From contig CP075494.1 of the NCBI GenBank assembly GCA_021613535.1, positions 930,001-994,000 on the forward strand: DNA of 64,000 nucleotides. The letters are read 5' to 3'. The notes beneath the pieces were generated by a model that was given only the letters and a program-made list of their open reading frames with translations, searched no databases and was not told the DNA's origin. The position numbers were made by a program, and so were the translations under genes. Positions 1-14,300 of this stretch are shown here, one piece after another. The stretch's first letter is position 1. Each line of letters begins with the position of its first letter. The DNA is from Adineta vaga. Its lineage: Eukaryota; Animalia; Rotifera.

Positions 1-289
1 ATTCGATACATTTAGAAAAGAAAAAACAGGTCCATTGGAATTTGCTATGCATAAAATCTGGCGCTCAAGTGCCCAAATGTTTGATTTGGCATCTGGTAAA
101 CATTCCTGGCCAACCCTGAATCAAGTGATTGAACGGTTAAATAAGTCTATTGAAGAACTTGAGCAATGTCGGGATCTTCTCATGGAGAAAACATCAGATA
201 GAGTTGGTTTTTATGATGCAGAAAAAAAACAAATGGGTTATATTGATGCACCTCCAACATCATTGAAAAAAGGATCTAATTGAATCGAA

Positions 290-1032
290 GTTTTTTATTC
301 CCACGACTGAAGGGAGGATGATACGAAAGAATTAAAATGGTTTATTTATTTGTTTGTTTGTGTCAGGTTAAAGGTCATAAAATTAGATTTTTTCAGAAAT
401 CATAATAAAACTTGACCAAAGGGTAATCGAGGTCGAGGAACACGAATATGATGTTAGGTTTTCGAAACTTTTCCGGAATCTTTTCCCGTCGACTGAAAGG
501 AAGGTATTGTGCCGGTAACAGTGACGAAAACATACAAACTCGTTTGTATATATGTCTGTCGCAGATCAAAGATCACGGCTTGCAATATGCACCGGATCGT
601 GAAGTCTGATACGGGGGGAGGGTATCATTGACCCCTCAAGTTCTACCGTATAATGGTACCGATATGTCGTTTTGTACGTTAAAAATGTAAATGCAGTGCG
701 ATGCAGAAAATGCAATTGTGAATCTAACGAGTGGAGAGTTTTGGTGAGATCGGTAAAAGTGACTGGTTTTGCTTTTGGTTCAGTCCTCCCTACTATATTC
801 TGGACTACCTCTACGAAAGAGAAATATCTTTGAAAAGTCATTCCATAATGTTTTTCAAACGGACACGTCTAGCAAATGTTTTGCGCCTTATAGCTTTTCA
901 TCGAAATGAAACTGATAAAAGATTAGAAACTAAATACAGTTGTTGCGCTTGAAATTGAACTATGAGAAAATGATAAATCGTTAAGGAAACCTGGGAACGA
1001 CAGGCCGTGAGTGGTCGACCGACCAGTCGTTT
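290..1032. mobile_element. Probable nested non-autonomous Helentron/DINE-like (HINE) remnants
   Basis: Two similar starts (TTTTATTCCCACGACTGAAGGGAGG ~293; TTTTCCCGTCGACTGAAAGGAAGGTAT ~481), each followed by short GTTT/GTCT microsatellites. 412-465 is an inverted match to 3595-3642. Confidence 0.35.
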
Positions 1033-3439
1033 GTTGAAAAACGTTTTTTTAAACTAAAAGTCGAGTATGGATCCTAAACTGTTTTGGATGATTTTTCAAA
1101 ATAACTGAGTCGGTTTTGTTCACGCGATGAGTACGGTAGGATATTCATCTCTCAAAACAAAACAAAAAATAAAGACAGATAAATCAACTAAAACATATCA
1201 TGTGAACGTATATCTATGTACGGCAAGTGAATGAGTGACCTTGTGTTTTAATTGTAGTTCACGTTATGGTGGTCGCGAGAATAAGCTACGAATGGCAACG
1301 AATAGCCAAGAGATGCCAGCACGAGAAAGACGGACAAACGGCTAAACGTTGATGTTAGTGGCATGATTAATGTAATGCGTCGAAGTTTCTATGCTGTGAA
1401 TACTACCGAATGACTAAATCCAGAAGAAAAAGTATTTGCTAATAAGAAATTGAACGTTCGAGCCGTGGTTTGTTTCGAGTATGCCTTGTTCATAAAACTA
1501 TACACTTCCAAAGAAAAATCTTATAGGGTAAATAATGAATCAATTCCATTTTTAGTCCTTAAGTCGATGGTTAAGCGAGTCTGCCTCGACGAGCGTTATG
1601 TGTTATATATACGGTCATTATTAACTGAAATATAGCGACCTCTTGATGCGATATTTCCTTTTAACTAAATTTTGATTGAAAAATTGCTCTATGATTTCAA
1701 TAGAACAACACTTTTTAATTTAATTACCTTTCTTTAACTGAAAATTTTGAGGAATATTTCTAAGAAAAAATTTCAAGATATGTGGCGTCCTCCAATATAT
1801 TTTACTTGACGTTGATTCTATAAGTGATGTGTTTGAACACACATATCAATACAATAATTGCTTTATTAAAGTAAATTACATTATAATCCAAAGAGGATAG
1901 AAGAAGATTATAAGGTTGATTTGTGATCTGTTTATATATACAAAACTATATATCAGTTGTGCACGATAATTGAATGATCATTGTTAATTTTTCTGTAAAT
2001 TATTATCGAGCAATCTACTTTAGTTATAAGCATTCGTTCTTTTAGATAGATAAAGTATTTTGCATTCGTGTAAGAGATGCATTTCTAAAATGGAGTAATG
2101 ACTTATGGAAAAGGCTTATTTTATACCTAAGGATTTTCAAATAACTTCGTATATATATATATAATTAAATGCTTCCTCAATATTAGCACTATTCATGCGT
2201 TGATATCAGCTGATTGATTGACACAAATATTCGAAAGAAACTATTCTCAGGTTTGAAATAAACTTGTAACGCAACGTGATTGTTGCTTACCCTCTACTGA
2301 AAGTCGTCTTTTCATGTTTGCTCTGCACTAGATGTACATTCACGAGAAAGTCAAGCTTGAATCGCATGTTGTTCTGTCCGCTTTGTGTTTTTATATCTTA
2401 TGCGATATAGTTAGAAACATATTACGTCTATTTTTTGGATACGATCATATTTTCAGAGAAAACTTGTGCTTATCCTTTAAATCCTCTGACCATTTTCTGA
2501 AAAAATAAGAGTGTCCAGTTGAGTCCATCGGACGCATCCGAGCTCTTTTGAATACAAATCCATGCAAATTTTAACACATAACTATTTTATTTCATTTTTC
2601 TTCATCTCTCTACTCATGTCAAAATACTTTCAATTCATCTATAAAAAAACGAAGCAAAATTGAAAATGAATAGGCTTTGCAAACACTGACGCATCGAATC
2701 ACTTATCATGCCGCAAAGATCTATTCACTCTTCCTTAGTTTGTTAGTTGTAAACTTATGTAATAAACGACTAGTCGTTGATATCTACAATCTTTTTTCTT
2801 CATTTATGGAAAACTAAAACCTATTGAATTCGTTCTTGCACATCATCTGTTAAGTTACTTTGCAGAGACGTTCAATGTATGTAAGTCACCTCAATGCATA
2901 CTTTAAGCCAGTGCTCTTTGAATCGACATCTACACTGTTTCGTTTATTTTTTATTTGTCTTTGAAATAAATAAATGACTATTCCTTAAATTCTAAAAGCA
3001 GAGCATTTATGCTATAACCATTCTCCGATAGAAACTAAAAATGGATAATATTTCTTGACCTAATGTTAGATTCACGGTAAACTCCTCCACCATAATTTTT
3101 TACATGTTGAAAATTCTGTTTACATCTTTGATATCAATTAAGATTTAACATTGCAATCGCGATCATTCATGCAGTTTTTATCCCTATATTTCTCTTGATG
3201 CTTTGGTCAAAAGTCTGACGTATAATAATCGACGATGTAAAAGCCTTTAAATAGTATTGATATCAAAGTAATCTCTGCCTCCAGTCCTTTACACTATATT
3301 TTTCAAGGAGTTAATACAGCACTTATTCTCAAAACTCCTACATTATCCTCATGACATTCGCAGTCTTGAGCATAGTCAGATTGATTAGATTCCAAGACGA
3401 TTTCAAAAAGAAATATACATACAGTTCTTCTCAAAAGTG

Positions 3440-3752
3440 ATAGGTAAATTAAAAGTGCACTCAATTGGCAAAAGCTGATATCGGATTCGTGATCCTTGAC
3501 CCCGAAAACTGTTCAGCCAATCAGTATAGAAAGAAACACGTTTTCGCAAAAAAGTGATTCCTTATCCGAAAAAACAGAAACGATTGTTTTGACAAAACTA
3601 ACCTCAGATTTGGATTCCTCGACCCCGATTACCCTTTGGTCAACCCTTATAGACATTTTTATTTTTTTTTAAATATGATGTGAACGAACGGACAGAAAAC
3701 GGACAAACGGACAAAAAACGAACGAACATTAACTCATTCTGTGTGTATACCC
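3440..3752. mobile_element. HINE/DINE-like non-autonomous element fragment
   Basis: GGATTCGTGATCCTTGACCCCGAAAAC and GGATTCCTCGACCCCGATTACCC motifs plus an (ACGG/ACGA)-rich microsatellite at 3683-3727. Related sequence at ~412-465 and ~48805. Ends at a telomeric tract. Confidence 0.35.
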
Positions 3753-3786
3753 TCCTTGAGGGTGTGGGTGAGGGTGTGGGTGTAAA

Positions 3787-3921
3787 AATGAACGAGACTA
3801 AAAGTTGTAAGATCTTTTCTTCTATATTGTTTGACCTGCTTTCAATGTATGATTTAGTTTATTGATGATGCATCACTTTTGGATGAAGAGAGTTTGGTGG
3901 AAAATGTCGACAAAAGAAGAA
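3787..3921 (+). repeat. 135-bp direct repeat, copy 1 (copy 2 at 8891-9025)
   Basis: Near-identical AATGAACGAGACTAAAAG...GTCGACAAAAGAAGAA at both loci; each copy follows a G-rich telomere-like tract. Confidence 0.95.
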
Positions 3922-4008
3922 GGGGTGGGTGGATATTCGTGTGAGTTCACATCTTATTCTTACCCACACCCACACCCACACCCACACCCACACCCACACC
4001 CTCACCCT

Positions 4009-4113
4009 ATCTCAAAACGAAAAAATATTCTCGAAGTGATTACTATTCTTTTGGGTCTTTATGGAGGATTGCCATTAATTCTTCGTGTAATTGTTCCTTG
4101 GATTGTAACTTAA
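4009..4113 (+). pseudogene. C-terminal transmembrane fragment of a membrane protein, 5'-truncated at a telomeric C-arm
   Basis: ISKRKNILEVITILLGLYGGLPLILRVIVPWIVT* begins immediately after (ACACCC)n; no upstream coding sequence. Confidence 0.55.
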
Positions 4114-4458
4114 TTAGAAAAATTCTTCTTTTTCATTTATCAACATCATAATGATCGTGTTATTCCATTTTCTTGATTCATCTTGGGTGTGACTGAAGAG
4201 GAATGACACCCACCCACACCCACACCCTATGAAGCTTCAGCAACAGGGATTTAAAACATCGAGAATATTAGTTTGATGAGCAAATCAGTCATGAAATATA
4301 GCTTTTGTAGTTTCTTATGTTTCGAGACAATTCGTTTTCCCTAAGTGGAGAAACGAAAAGTTTTCATTCTCATTTCAGAACTTCCGGAACACCCTTTATA
4401 TTTTAATTTCACTATTCTTTTACTTTTTGTTTGATTTATTAATTCTGTTTTTTCACAG

Positions 4459-4688
4459 GCACTTACAATAATTGAATTATCAGGTAATGATATCGGTGAT
4501 CAAGGAGGACAACATCTGATCAATAGTTTACAATACAAGAAAGTAATAATTTAGTATCGATCTTTTTTTAATCTTTGTTTATATTAAATTTTCAATAGAC
4601 ATTGGTTGCAATTAACATCATATTTAATCGTTTAAATGATTATATAGAACGTCGTATCCGTGAATTGTTGACAATAAACCAACAGTGA
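4459..4688 (+). pseudogene. Last two exons of a leucine-rich-repeat (RNI/NLR-type) gene fragment
   Basis: After a CAG acceptor: ALTIIELSGNDIGDQGGQHLINSLQYKK, a GT-AG intron (~4543-4598), then TLVAINIIFNRL...QQ*. LxxNxIGDxG motif. Confidence 0.6.
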
Positions 4689-4766
4689 AATTGATAAAAA
4701 TTTTGTGGATGTGGGTATATAGAGAGAATATAGTGTCTTTATTTTCATATACTAGAAGAAATAATT

Positions 4767-5943
4767 TTATGGTGTATATAATTCCGCGCTACTATAAACG
4801 TCATCACCATTCCCATACCCACCAGAAACTAATACTTTACCATTTTCCAATGTAATCTGGATATGACCTCCTCGAGGATAAGTCATCTTTGCGGCGCTCG
4901 TCCAGCTACTTGTCAATGGATCGTACAGTTCAGTTGTACGGAAACTATCATACGCACCGTCATTTCCGCCAGCAATTAACACTTTTCCATTATCTAGTAA
5001 AGATATAGTAGGAAGGATTCGTACTTGGTTCATCTTTCCAGTTAATGTCCAAACTCCGCTGGATGGATCATATAATTCAGCATCAAGTACATTACCATAA
5101 TTAGGTGACAATCCACCAGTAACCAAGACTTTGCCATTTTTTAATACAATACCAGCGTGATAAACTCGAGGATAATTCATACTGGCAACTTGTGTCCATT
5201 TTCCAGTCGATGGATCATATAATTCAGAACTATTGAAATTAACATTAACATCAGATCCACCTGTCACTAATACTTTTCCATCATTTAATAAAAATGCTGT
5301 ATGTTGACTTCGTGCGTCGTCCATATTACCAGTCATTGTCCAACTATTTTTAATTGGATCATATAATTCACAACTATTAGTAAAACCCTTTTCGGTTTCA
5401 CCACCAACAACTAACACATGACCATTTTTTAGAAGAGTCGATGTATGCCAAAATCGTTTATATTGCATGTTGGGAGTCATACTCCATTTTTCCTTTAATG
5501 GATCATATAACTCAGCAGTATTCAAAGCCTGAATATTCCCATCTTGTCCACCAATAATCAGTACTTTTCCATTGTTTAACATGGTATCTGTATGACGCAT
5601 TCGTGTTATTTTCATCGAATCAACCATTGTCCAGTGTCCTGTTACTGGATCATATATTTCAGCACTATTGAAAACATCACTATAAGATAGACACATTAGA
5701 GTTTTTTCAAATTTTCAGTAGAATATTACGTACAGTGGCTGCTCAGCTCCACCAGCAATCAATACCTTTCCACCTGTTAATAAGGATGCAGTGTGATATA
5801 TACGCACTTTGTTCATACTATTAATATCAGACCATCCTAGAAAATACATATCAAAATATTTTCATTATATTTCATGAATACGGAGAACTTACTTGATTGA
5901 GCAGATATCGTGTTTTTTAACTTTCGTGGAAGACCATAAGCAT
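4767..5943 (-). CDS. Kelch-repeat (galactose-oxidase-like beta-propeller) protein, 5' end cut at a telomeric unit
   Basis: Repeats of R..HT..LL.NGKVL..GG.....AELYDP..G.W. Introns ~5680-5733 and ~5837-5892. The upstream exon runs directly into GAGGGTGTGGG at 5944. Confidence 0.85.
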
Positions 5944-6085
5944 GAGGGTGTGGGTGAGGGTGTGGGTGTTAGATAGATGTAACACCCACCCCCACACCTA
6001 GGCATGCACCAAATCCAAATCCGGTTCTAGATGGTGTGGGTGGGTTGCAGATGGTTGGGGTACCCTCACCCACCCACCCACACCC
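5944..6085. repeat. Two tandem telomeric fold-back units
   Basis: GAGGGTGTGGGTGAGGGTGTGGGTGT-tagatagatgta-ACACCCACCCCCACACC, followed by a second G-arm/C-arm pair. Confidence 0.9.
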
Positions 6086-7774
6086 AAATTTGATTGAGAG
6101 ATTCGAAAAAGGAACTGCAGGAGGTCATCTCAAATATATTGGATACCAGGCAGATAGGAATAAAATGAGTTTATGTATTCATTTTCCTGGTAATCATTAT
6201 GATGCTCTTCTACTCTTTTCAAATAATCCTCGACAATTCGTACCAAAAAATGGCATAATTAATATGAGTTTATAAAATGAAGCAAGGTTTAACTAAAAAC
6301 AAAATTAGTTTTTATTTATAGAGATAAATAAAGTAGCCGGAACTAACTCCTCGCCACGTCCTATGGGACAAAAAGAGGATATGCGCAGAGCCTAAGGGGC
6401 AGTCCCTTAGTGCGCTCAAGGATGAATTATATTAAATAAGTCAATCGAAACCAAACTGTCGTTGACTTCACTTTTTGAAGTACACATAAGTTAAATTGAA
6501 GTTATTTAGATTAATAACTGAATTCTTATAGATATATCAAATAGCTTCATCTATTCAGACAACATAAAACTAATTTCTAGTCTTATGGGCAAGAAACCAA
6601 CGTTTTTGCTCAATCTTGAAAATTGAATACAGATAAATTCAAAACAATACTTTTCCACTGTTGACCATTAACTAGATCGATGGAACTTTCGATATTTAAT
6701 TCAAAAGTGTTTTAAATTTGGAGTTTTTGACAATAATTCTTTCATTTGTCTCATTAATCAATCAGCAGAGTTCGAATACTGAACACATACGCAGTATTGA
6801 AGTCACTTGCATACATATTGGCACACATCGAAATCGAAAGAGCATCTATCATCTTACCATTTGCATACTACGTGCACAAAAAATCATCAGCATAAGAAAA
6901 AGCAATTATAATCCTCTTTCTAACCGACCCACCTACATCGTCGCTTTCACACCAAGTTCCATAAATAGAACACGTCCTACATAATGACTATGCTAAAATG
7001 AAATCGATTAAAAGAATATTATTGAAGCCTGTCATGCATACGGTAGGACTATTCACACACTCACTTATAAGTGTGTCAGAAGTGAGCAAAGGCATAGCTG
7101 AGAAACTTTGCAGCTGCCATTTACACTTACTTTTTTCGTATACACGACGTTTTTTTTAACCAGTTGAGTGATGATTCTGATTTGCGCCGTCGTTTTCATC
7201 GTGCTGATTACAACAGCAACCGGTTCTAGTAAGTGAAAGTTGTATTGCAACTTTATAAGAAAGTCAAAAGAACAGAATAGAAGATTCCATATGACGTCAT
7301 ATATACGAACATGTAAAAAATCACAGGATATCAGCTGTGAATCACTTCACTTCTTAACTCGCCATGTTCGTACATTCCCTGATATGTAGTTTCAAATGAA
7401 TTAACGGTGTCATAAGTTACTACCCAATGTTCTAGTTTCTAAACCGTGTACTCCAAAGTTCGCTGATATAAAATCATGTCATATAACGTCACTTTTTTTC
7501 CTATGATAGTTATCGTCATTGGCAAGTGTTTATTTATAAAGAGAAATATCTCAGCTAATATCCTATTGCAAAAACTATTAATCATTGATAAACCTTCTGC
7601 GACACTCTTTAAATGCCTGAGAATGAAGATAACCATTTGAATTTAATGAAAAATAGTGGAATTATGTAAAATTATTCTACACAAATGACTTTTGTGATGC
7701 TCTGCGTACTCTATCTCAACATCTTCCATGGATCTTTGAGTTTAATAGGAGAAAATATATAGGCAGATACAGAA

Positions 7775-8822
7775 ATGAGTGAGCTCATCATTCATTTTAT
7801 GATTTGCTCAAGATCAATTATCACTTGTAAAACTTTTCCTCAAGATGACAAAGAGACACGCAGTTCCTTTCAACAACGTCGATTCCTTTTCTTTTTCATT
7901 CATTATAGTAAGTCCCAATATTCCTGCCGATGCCCAATGGGTACAAAATGGAATGACTGTTGCTGGAGGCAATGGACCAGGGAATGCCACCAATCAAGTC
8001 TGGTTCCCTAATGGTCTCTTCGTTGATGATGATCAAATGATGGTTATTGGTGAGTGGCAGAATCATCGTATCACTCTATGGAAGATGGGTGGTATGAATG
8101 GACAGGTAATAGCTGGTGGCCATGGCCCAGGAAATCAATCGGATCAATTCTACTTTCCAACCGACGTAGTGATCGATAAAGAGAGTAATAGTCTCATTAT
8201 TTGTGATGTAGGAAATCAACGCGTCGTACAATGGTCTCGTCATAGTGGCACAACTCAAGGAGAAATTATCGTCGACAACATCGATTGTTATGGATTGGCC
8301 ATGGATGATCAGAGATATCTTTATGTATCTGACTACCAGAAACATGAAATAAGACGCTATGAAAAAGGAAACAAGAATGGAACTATCGTGGCCGGCGGCA
8401 ATGGTAGGGGTGCTGATCTGAATCAATTCAACGCTCCGGGCTACATCTTTGTCGATCGACAACAGACTGTCTACGTGGCAGACTATCGTAATCATCGTGT
8501 AATGAAATGGAATAAAGGTGCAAACGAAGGAAGTGTCATCGCTGGAGGTAACGGCCAAGGAAACGCTTCGACACAATTCTCGTATCCTAACGGGCTATCT
8601 ATCGATATGTTGGGTACTGTCTATGTAGCTGATTCGGGGAATAATCGAGTGATGCGTTGGCCTACAGAAGCGAAACAGGGCACTGTCATTGCGGGTGGAA
8701 ATGGTCAAGGAGCAGGAGCAAATCAGTTCTATGGTCTTGAAGGTTTGTCCTTCGATCGACAGGGCAATCTCTATGTCGCCGATGTACGAAATAATCGTAT
8801 TCAACGTTTCTCTATCGAATAG
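7775..8822 (+). CDS. NHL-repeat beta-propeller protein
   Basis: W.QNG.TVAGGNG.G...NQ...P.G..VD and YVAD..NHR repeats. Likely ATG-A exon 7775-7778, intron 7779-7908, phase-compatible with the main exon. AATAAA at ~8863. Confidence 0.9.
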
Positions 8823-8890
8823 ACTGCAAAGGATGAATTGTTTTTTCTTTTTTTCTCTCTAAAATAAATCGGGGTGAGTGAGAGTGTAAG

Positions 8891-9025
8891 AATGAACGAG
8901 ACTAAAAGTTGTAAGATCTTTTCTTCTATATTGTTTGACCTGCTTTCAATGTATGATTTAGTTTATTGATGATGCATCACTTTTGGATGAAGAGAGTTTG
9001 GTGGAAAATGTCGACAAAAGAAGAA
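8891..9025 (+). repeat. 135-bp direct repeat, copy 2
   Basis: Matches 3787-3921; preceded by degenerate GGGGTGAGTGAGAGTGT. Confidence 0.95.
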
Positions 9026-11046
9026 ATCTTTATACAAAAGTTTTCTTTTTCTTTAGTCAACATTTCCATTTTGAAATCATCACATATTCAAGTTTAATTT
9101 GTAGTAAATGTTAACTTAATAGTGAGTAGCGGTGATGATCAGTCACTGGTCGATCATATGAATTGATAATCAATTGATATACATACTGAATTATATCAAG
9201 AATTCGCACTATTAATTTTAATTAGTTTGGATCTCCAGGTTCGCTTTTAGTCTTTTCAATTAGATTCCGAAATTTGAGCTGTTTTAAAACATCAAATCTG
9301 TTCTTCATTTTTTTTTTCATTTTTATAATCAAAATTAACGTTAATATTTGTTTCATATTTAGACTAATTCGTAAATTACAAAAATAATAATGCGGTCATT
9401 GAATTCTTTGATTAAAACATAGTATTTTTGCTTGCTTAGATAAATCAATGATTGAGCATTGAAACATTACATTTTACTTTTGATAGATAATATTCACTAC
9501 CTTATTTGCTTTGCTTATATTTCAACTACATCTTTTTATTGTGTTAATAAGCTTTTAAATAAACAAGAACTGGCTATAATTAAAACTGTATATTGTTTTT
9601 CTTATTATCGGAAAAACTGATAAACATTAGTGTAACGATTAATGTATATCTAGACTTCACATATGCGACCTACTCACCGGACATTGACCTTATCCTCTCT
9701 TTGTTGTATCATATGCATTAACTCCTATATAAGTTATGTTCAATAAAGGAAAAGATACGGTTTTGAGTGTGTAGATAACACAACACACCATGATATCGTA
9801 AGGCATAGGTAATCACTCTCATAATTCATCACAATCAGGTTGTTGTAGTACAAATGTGAAATAAAAAATGAAACATAAGATACACAAGACAAAAGTAAAT
9901 GAACAATAAAAATTCCACTAACGTAAGTATTTCTTTAAAATTAAAACTACTGTAAAACGTTTAAGCTAAATAATTAATTAGTCATGATAGTTCAGTATGG
10001 AGAGCTAAAACAAAATTAAATTTGAAATTGTGGCAACGGCAAACAGTACAGAAATTAACAAACGAACAAAAAGTTCAATGTGTTTTAACTGCAAAAAGAT
10101 GGAAAATTATACAAATGGAATTATGTTTTGAATACCGATTTTCGTGATGCATTTACATTATTTCCTAAAAAGCTTATCAGCACAATCCCTTGCGAGATTC
10201 TAAATGTGAAACACGATTAATTCAGCGTCTTTCTGAGGAATTTTAATGTTTAATATAGGTTTAAAGAAATATTATTAATTGTTACTCATTTTCTGAAACT
10301 GTTAATAAATTCGTAGAGATGAGGATGAAACTGGTCTGTAAATATGCTATTTTTATCGGCAATATCACAGTCCTACACCCTTATCCACACATACACTTAT
10401 GTCTTAGTATCCATATCGATAACTGTCTGTGATGATGTTTGTAGCCGTCAATAACGATCTGCGATGTCATTTTTAGCCAGTTTCTGTCACGATCCGTGGG
10501 GAGGAGGGGGGGGGGGTGTAATCGGTCCAAGTTTCTGCACTTGAACACTTTCTTTTCAATCGTGTTTCACAAAATTCCAGTTTTGTAGTAATTTGTCTTG
10601 TATCCTCAGATGGATGCATTGACAGAAAATTGTAAAAATATCTTCATTTTATAACATTTTATTTATTTTCCGATGCATATGCTGTGAATAGATATTGTAA
10701 AAATCCTTTTCCAACACATCTTTCTAGTTAGCACATACCAAAAAATCCACTCGAATATGAAATTTTTTTACAAGAAGATAGCAAATTAATTATTTTCAAT
10801 CAAATATAGAGCCTAGAACCAACGACAATACCCAAAATCATGTTCATAACATTATCATGAAAAAAGAGTCGTTTCGTTACTGAATTATCAAGTATCTAAA
10901 AAGTATTATTATAGAGTTTACTTTCCATAAAAATCACAACATCATTGGGATATCAAACCGAACTATAAATTTCATATGCGAAACCAAGTTCAGATAACTG
11001 TGAAAACGTTTTTCGTGTCGATTTCTTCCAAGTTCATATAGAACAA

Positions 11047-11097
11047 GGGTGTGGGTGTGGGTAAAGAAGAAAGACATCCACACCCACACCCACCCTC
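11047..11097. repeat. Telomeric fold-back unit (archetype)
   Basis: GGGTGTGGGTGTGGGT-AAAGAAGAAAGAC-ATCCACACCCACACCCACCCTC. Confidence 0.95.
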
Positions 11098-11362
11098 GAT
11101 CATCCTAAGAATATCCTTTTTTTTATAAAGAATTATTTTAATCATTAAAAGAATATCCTAAGATTATAACACAATTAAAAGTAATAGATTAAGATCAAAT
11201 TTATTCGTGAACAATTTTCGAAAATTACATAAAAATAAAAACAAAACAATCAACGATATTGAAAGAGAATGACATAATAGATAATGATAGAAAAATGATA
11301 AATACAGTGTTCATTATGTAAAGTTTTTCTAGGAAACTTTCTGTCTATATAATTCAATCGTT

Positions 11363-14300
11363 TCAAACTGCTTTTCTAAAGATTTCTTCTGCTATAAGTC
11401 TAATTAATATTTCTGTACTATTAATTGAATTCATATGTAGTTGTGCACAACGTCCGCCTGTCATCTTTGCAATTTCTTGAAAAGAATTTTCAGCTAAACT
11501 ATTCAGATAAAGTGTGTGAACAGGTATTTTTTTCTTTCTCAACTCTTTTAATTCAGATAAGTAGTTCTTTGGTTCTTTAAATGTAGTATTCTTCCAGTAT
11601 GTTTCACCAAAAAATGTTCGATTTTCTTTCACTTTTTCTTTAGTATTCGGTGGTGTATCTCCTATTAAAATGACTTGAGAAACTGAATCTTTGGTTTTAC
11701 TTTCATTAACTACATGTTCTAATGCAATTTCCATAGTTTCATCACAATTTTCACCTTCGATATTGATAGTATTTAGAAATACTCGTAGATCAAAAGGTCT
11801 TGTACGCCAAGGAGAAACCTGCAAAATTTGATTTTCTCGAAACTTATAATTTCGATAGAAACAAAATTGCATTTGAATCAAACTACTAGGTAAACGTTTT
11901 TCAGCTAAAATATCTGAAACATGATCAAATAAGGTATGAATGATATCTTTCATAAATGATAACAAGGGAGACAATGAAAGTGTTGCAGCAATTAGTACAA
12001 TTGTTCGAGAAGGATTCGCTACAATACATTGTCCAAGATTTTGCTTTGTCAAAAATTTTTTTATATCTTCCATATTTCCTTTGTACAATGAATTTAGAAA
12101 TTGTTTAGAAGCTCTATGACCATGTTTATATTGTTCTACACTAAGATGTTTTGCGCTACATTTATTTTCATAAAGTACATTACGAGCTCTATTAATAGTT
12201 TCATAATGAGATGAGGGTGAAATACTATGAAGTTCGTTTTTCCAATTAGAACCTAAAAACTGTTCTAAATTTTTGTCTAATAAAATCATACTATATGATC
12301 CTTTATCACCTTGTCGTGCTCCTCTTCCCATTATTTGATATTCTTCAGCTAATTCTTGTGAAAAAAATGTTTGAAGTACATGAATACCTCCTTTATCTAA
12401 TATCTTTTGATTATCACATATAAAATCAGTCCCTCGTCCAAATATTCGTGATAATAATGTTACTTTTCCTACTGTTGCTGCACGTTTTATATATAATTCT
12501 CTGTCTTTCACAGCAACCTCTTCAGTAATTATTTGTACAGTACTTTTTATAGGAGATAATTCTGAAGAATAGTAAAATCTCATTAATTTTTCTTTCGATT
12601 CGAAAAACACAAGAATTTCCCGATTAGCCTTACGTATCGTATCGATTTCTCTATAAATTGTTAGAAAATATTCCGATTCTTTTACTACATGTACATCATT
12701 AGCTGAATTATATGTAGGATTACTTGCTCCAAATACCGATGGCATAAATGTATTCTTTTGCACGCGATATATATTTGTTAGTATATCTTTTTCTGATTGA
12801 GCGAGCGTTCTCAAAGTACCTGTTACACCAGCAATATAACCGAAACTATGAGGCATTTCAGCATAAGAAAATATTCCACAGTTAACAATAAGACCTACAT
12901 TCGCTTTTAGACTATCATCTGTAATATTACCTAAATCTTTTTCATGATAATATGCCCATATTGTATTGTAACCATAAATTAAAAGATCTACGACACGTTC
13001 ATCCTGAACATAAGCAATCTTATTATTTCGTACAATATGTTGTAAAGATTTATATGTTTGTAAAGCAAATAACATATCTTTAATTGCTTCATCAAAGAGA
13101 AAAATCCAATTACTATATTGAGTAATACAAGTTTTATATGTATGTAAAAGTTTAACATTATCTAATGTTATTGTTGCCTTATTTAACCATATAGAATCTA
13201 ATAACATCTTTATCGGTGGATCGATAAGAATTTTTATAGGACTATATGTTCCACCAAAGAATCTTTCACTCAAAAATACATCTACTTCATCAATTAATAA
13301 GATTTTTGTACGTGTATTTGTTTTTATATCAATTGTAGTAAGAGTATTTTGATTCTTAACAATCATATCATTTACTATTTGTCGTATATCACATTTTTCA
13401 TTTAAAAATTGTTCACATAATTTATCGAAAGTACCATATTTAATACGTTCTTCAATTCCAAGTGATTTAAAAACTGATAAAAACTCATTTCTATCTCGAT
13501 TACTTAAAATCTCACTATAACATGAACAATTAACATCGATATCTGTTAAAGCAAAAACACAGGCAGTTATTGCCATAACAACTGATTTACCTTCACCTGT
13601 TCCTATTTCGATTAAATTATTAATTAAAGTATTAGAAATATTTCCTATGTGTAACATTTGATGATTATAACCAATACCTAGAAGACGAAAAACAGCAATA
13701 ACCTGTGCAACATGTGGTATTAATAAATAAGATTGTGCTATTTCAATTCCACGTGATATATTATAATGTTTAGTATTTTTCAAAGTCCACACAGCAAAAA
13801 TATATGATAAAAGTATTGGAATTTTTTCTACAAATTCATCGTCCCAAAGAGTCGGATTTGGTGTTTTAATAATTGATCCAATAAGATGTTTTATTTCTAT
13901 TATCAATAGATCAACATCAGGTTCTTTATTAGGAGTTGAATCAATTAATTGAAGATTATTCTTTACTAATTGATCATATTTTTCTCGAAAAATTGTATAA
14001 TTTGAACGTAAAATATTAGTTGAAATTTCATCTCCGGACAATTGTTTAATAACATATTCATGATCATCTTGTTTTTGCATTTTATCACGTCGTCTTCTCC
14101 AACCTTCTCCAGCTAAACAAGAATGTTCATTAATTAATCTTACACCTAGATCTGATTTTTCCAATTCTACAATTAATTTCATAATACCCAAAACACCTTG
14201 TTTTACATCAAATATTTGAAGTGCTTGATCGATTTCTGAATTGATTCTCCTATCGAACATCGGCAGATTTTCTGCTAAAAATTTCATTTTTCTCAATATT

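Larger units (their letters stand above)
3758..4228. repeat. Cluster of telomeric (TGTGGG) fold-back units
   Basis: G-arm 3758-3783; hairpin unit 3922-4008 with (ACACCC)6; hairpin unit 4179-4228 beginning CATCTTGGGTGTG. Confidence 0.9.

Noticed and set aside
35-283. 82-aa ORF at the window start
   Set aside because: Possibly the tail of a gene beginning upstream, but it has no recognisable motif, so no product call is supportable.
8076-8804. Antisense and alternate-frame ORFs inside real genes (also within 16631-19168, 21510-26699, 27856-29217, 51386-53071, 55357-56364)
   Set aside because: Shadow ORFs with no motifs, overlapping well-supported CDSs.
9132-9189. C/D-box snoRNA-like GTGATGA...CTGA
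   Set aside because: No terminal stem or recognisable rRNA guide; such motifs are expected by chance in AT-rich DNA.
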